IMG/VR virus record: IMGVR_UViG_3300044626_000467
Span: 1 to 37,095 of that record
Direction: 5' to 3' (one strand)
Length of the DNA: 37,095 nucleotides
Origin: a virus
Taxonomy: Duplodnaviria > Caudoviricetes
Both the position numbers and the translations under genes were made by a program. The notes below the pieces were generated by a model. That model was not told the DNA's origin and did not search any database. It worked only from the letters and a program-made list of their open reading frames with translations. Positions 36,015-37,095 of this stretch are shown here, piece by piece (the stretch's first letter is position 1; each line of letters begins with the position of its first letter).

Positions 36015-36457
36015 TAGTTGCTAACTCCCATTTCTTTGCGTGCGTTGATTACCAATCCGATGCCAACTTCAGGCAGACCGTTCTGACTCGTCCACGATGC
36101 GGTATGACTTCCCATTGCAACCACGTCAGCTTTGTTGCTTGCGGACATAATGCCAGCAGACACAAGACCGTCAAGCATCGCTTGCACTTCTGGCTTGTTG
36201 ACATCAAGCGTGCTGATTCTTGGGTCATCCACCCAGTCCAGAACACTTACGCAGAGTGCAGCCACTTGCGGATTGCTGTTGGCTTGACCTGCTTTGAGCT
36301 TCGGCCAGATTCCATTGATAATTGCGTATTCTTTCAGTTTGTGAATCGCTACGGTTTGCTGCACAGTTACCGTTTTGGCGTTGACTGCATCTGCTGCTTG
36401 CTGGTCAGTGAGAGCAGCGTACTGTGGTTTGGAAAGTTCGTCGGATAGTATGCTCAC
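36014..36457 (-). CDS. Hypothetical protein
   Basis: Coupled ORF in the fibre module. Confidence 0.6.
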   Translation of the reverse strand: MSILSDELSKPQYAALTDQQAADAVNAKTVTVQQTVAIHKLKEYAIINGIWPKLKAGQANSNPQVAALCVSVLDWVDDPRISTLDVNKPEVQAMLDGLVSAGIMSASNKADVVAMGSHTASWTSQNGLPEVGIGLVINARKEMGVSN

Positions 36458-36699
36458 TGTTTATTCTCCTGGTGCTTGCACCCTTCGGCCTTAATGAATG
36501 TTTTTAGGTCAGCAAACTCATTTCTGCGAAACTCTCGTTCTTCGCGTAAAGTGTCGCTAAATTTGTCGGTGATCTTGTCCATGCTGTTAGCGTGTTTCTC
36601 GGTTAAATCTGGAATCGTTTTCGTCGTCGTCCAGTACAAATACCAAACGAGCGTTCCAGTTACGCCGAGCGAGCCGCAAAGGGAGACAATCAATTCCAT
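36454..36699 (-). CDS. Single-TM holin-like protein (BhlA/UviB-type architecture)
   Basis: N-terminal TM followed by a charged coiled coil. Confidence 0.5.
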   Translation of the reverse strand: MELIVSLCGSLGVTGTLVWYLYWTTTKTIPDLTEKHANSMDKITDKFSDTLREEREFRRNEFADLKTFIKAEGCKHQENKQ

Positions 36700-36702
36700 T
36701 GA

Positions 36703-36933
36703 CTAGCCCTTTCGAAATAGTCGCTTTAGTAGTCCCCGCACCGGCTGCTTGACTCGCATCTGCTTAACGACTTTGACGGGAGCCGAGGCAACTTCGGAAA
36801 CGGCACTAACACTCTGCTGAACCACCGCCTTTGGAACTTGCACCAAGTTACACTGACCGTTCTTGCAGTCCGAAGCAATCGCGGTTGATCCAATAGCGAA
36901 CAGGCACAATATGGACAGAACTCGAAATTTCAT
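36703..36933 (-). CDS. Small secreted protein with a cationic amphipathic C-terminus
   Basis: Signal peptide AIA-S, CKNGQC, PVRGLLKRLFRKG. Confidence 0.65.
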   Translation of the reverse strand: MKFRVLSILCLFAIGSTAIASDCKNGQCNLVQVPKAVVQQSVSAVSEVASAPVKVVKQMRVKQPVRGLLKRLFRKG

Positions 36934-37094
36934 TTTCTAATCTCCGGAGCAGTTTGACCGCCGATGTCTCTAGCGGCACGAATTAAATAGAAAGCATGGT
37001 AGCGGTTGGGTTGTGACAAATGATTTTCCCAAGAGTTCCAGGCAAGCCCGTTGACTCCGAACGACTTGCCCCAAGAGTTCCAAATCTGGAATTC
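36930..37094 (-). CDS. Papain-like cysteine peptidase, C-terminal part
   Basis: Manual translation EFQIWNSWGKSFGVNGLAW...APEIRK*; NSWGxxF/WGxxG motif of C1 peptidases; stop overlaps the ATG of the next gene (ATGA). Confidence 0.85.
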   Translation of the reverse strand, partial: EFQIWNSWGKSFGVNGLAWNSWENHLSQPNRYHAFYLIRAARDIGGQTAPEIRK

Positions 37095-37095
37095 G

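Larger units (their letters stand above)
1..37095 (-). mobile_element. Near-complete tailed phage genome (Caudoviricetes, siphovirus-like), likely planctomycete host
   Basis: Terminase, portal, capsid, tail, replication, recombination and lysis-like modules all present and co-oriented; one gene is split across the two ends. Confidence 0.93.

Noticed and set aside
208-36706. Numerous plus-strand ORFs of 60-200 aa
   Set aside because: They are antisense shadows of a densely packed, motif-supported minus-strand gene set and have no recognisable motifs
1-37095. Stop-codon reassignment
   Set aside because: Long intact ORFs in the standard code, ending in TAA, TGA and TAG with tight coupling

Overview
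Near-complete, probably circularly permuted genome (~37.1 kb) of a tailed dsDNA phage (siphovirus-like, lambda-type portal and GpA-like terminase). The host is most likely a planctomycete (inference from CsrA, Cys-rich secreted-type proteins and frequent CGATCG/ATCGAT). Essentially all genes lie on the minus strand. A papain-like cysteine peptidase gene is split across the two window ends (N-terminal part at 630..1, C-terminal part at 37094..36930), which suggests the ends nearly join. In transcription order: early/regulatory genes (HTH, CsrA-like, RecE/RecT, secreted trypsin-like protease, RimI-like GNAT, SNase), a ParB-methyltransferase plus nuclease cassette behind a structured leader, primase-polymerase and AAA helicase, RusA, a cos-like region, ParB-methyltransferase, terminase, portal, a fused protease-scaffold-major capsid gene, tail genes with a -1 frameshift chaperone and a short tape measure, Cys-rich tail-tip proteins, a Cys-rich/PRTase/HAD fusion, an atypical lysis-like cassette with no classical endolysin, then LamG adhesin/fibre genes and a SAM methyltransferase. 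No integrase, tRNA, CRISPR or reverse transcriptase was recognised. Product calls come from motif recognition by eye, not database searches.
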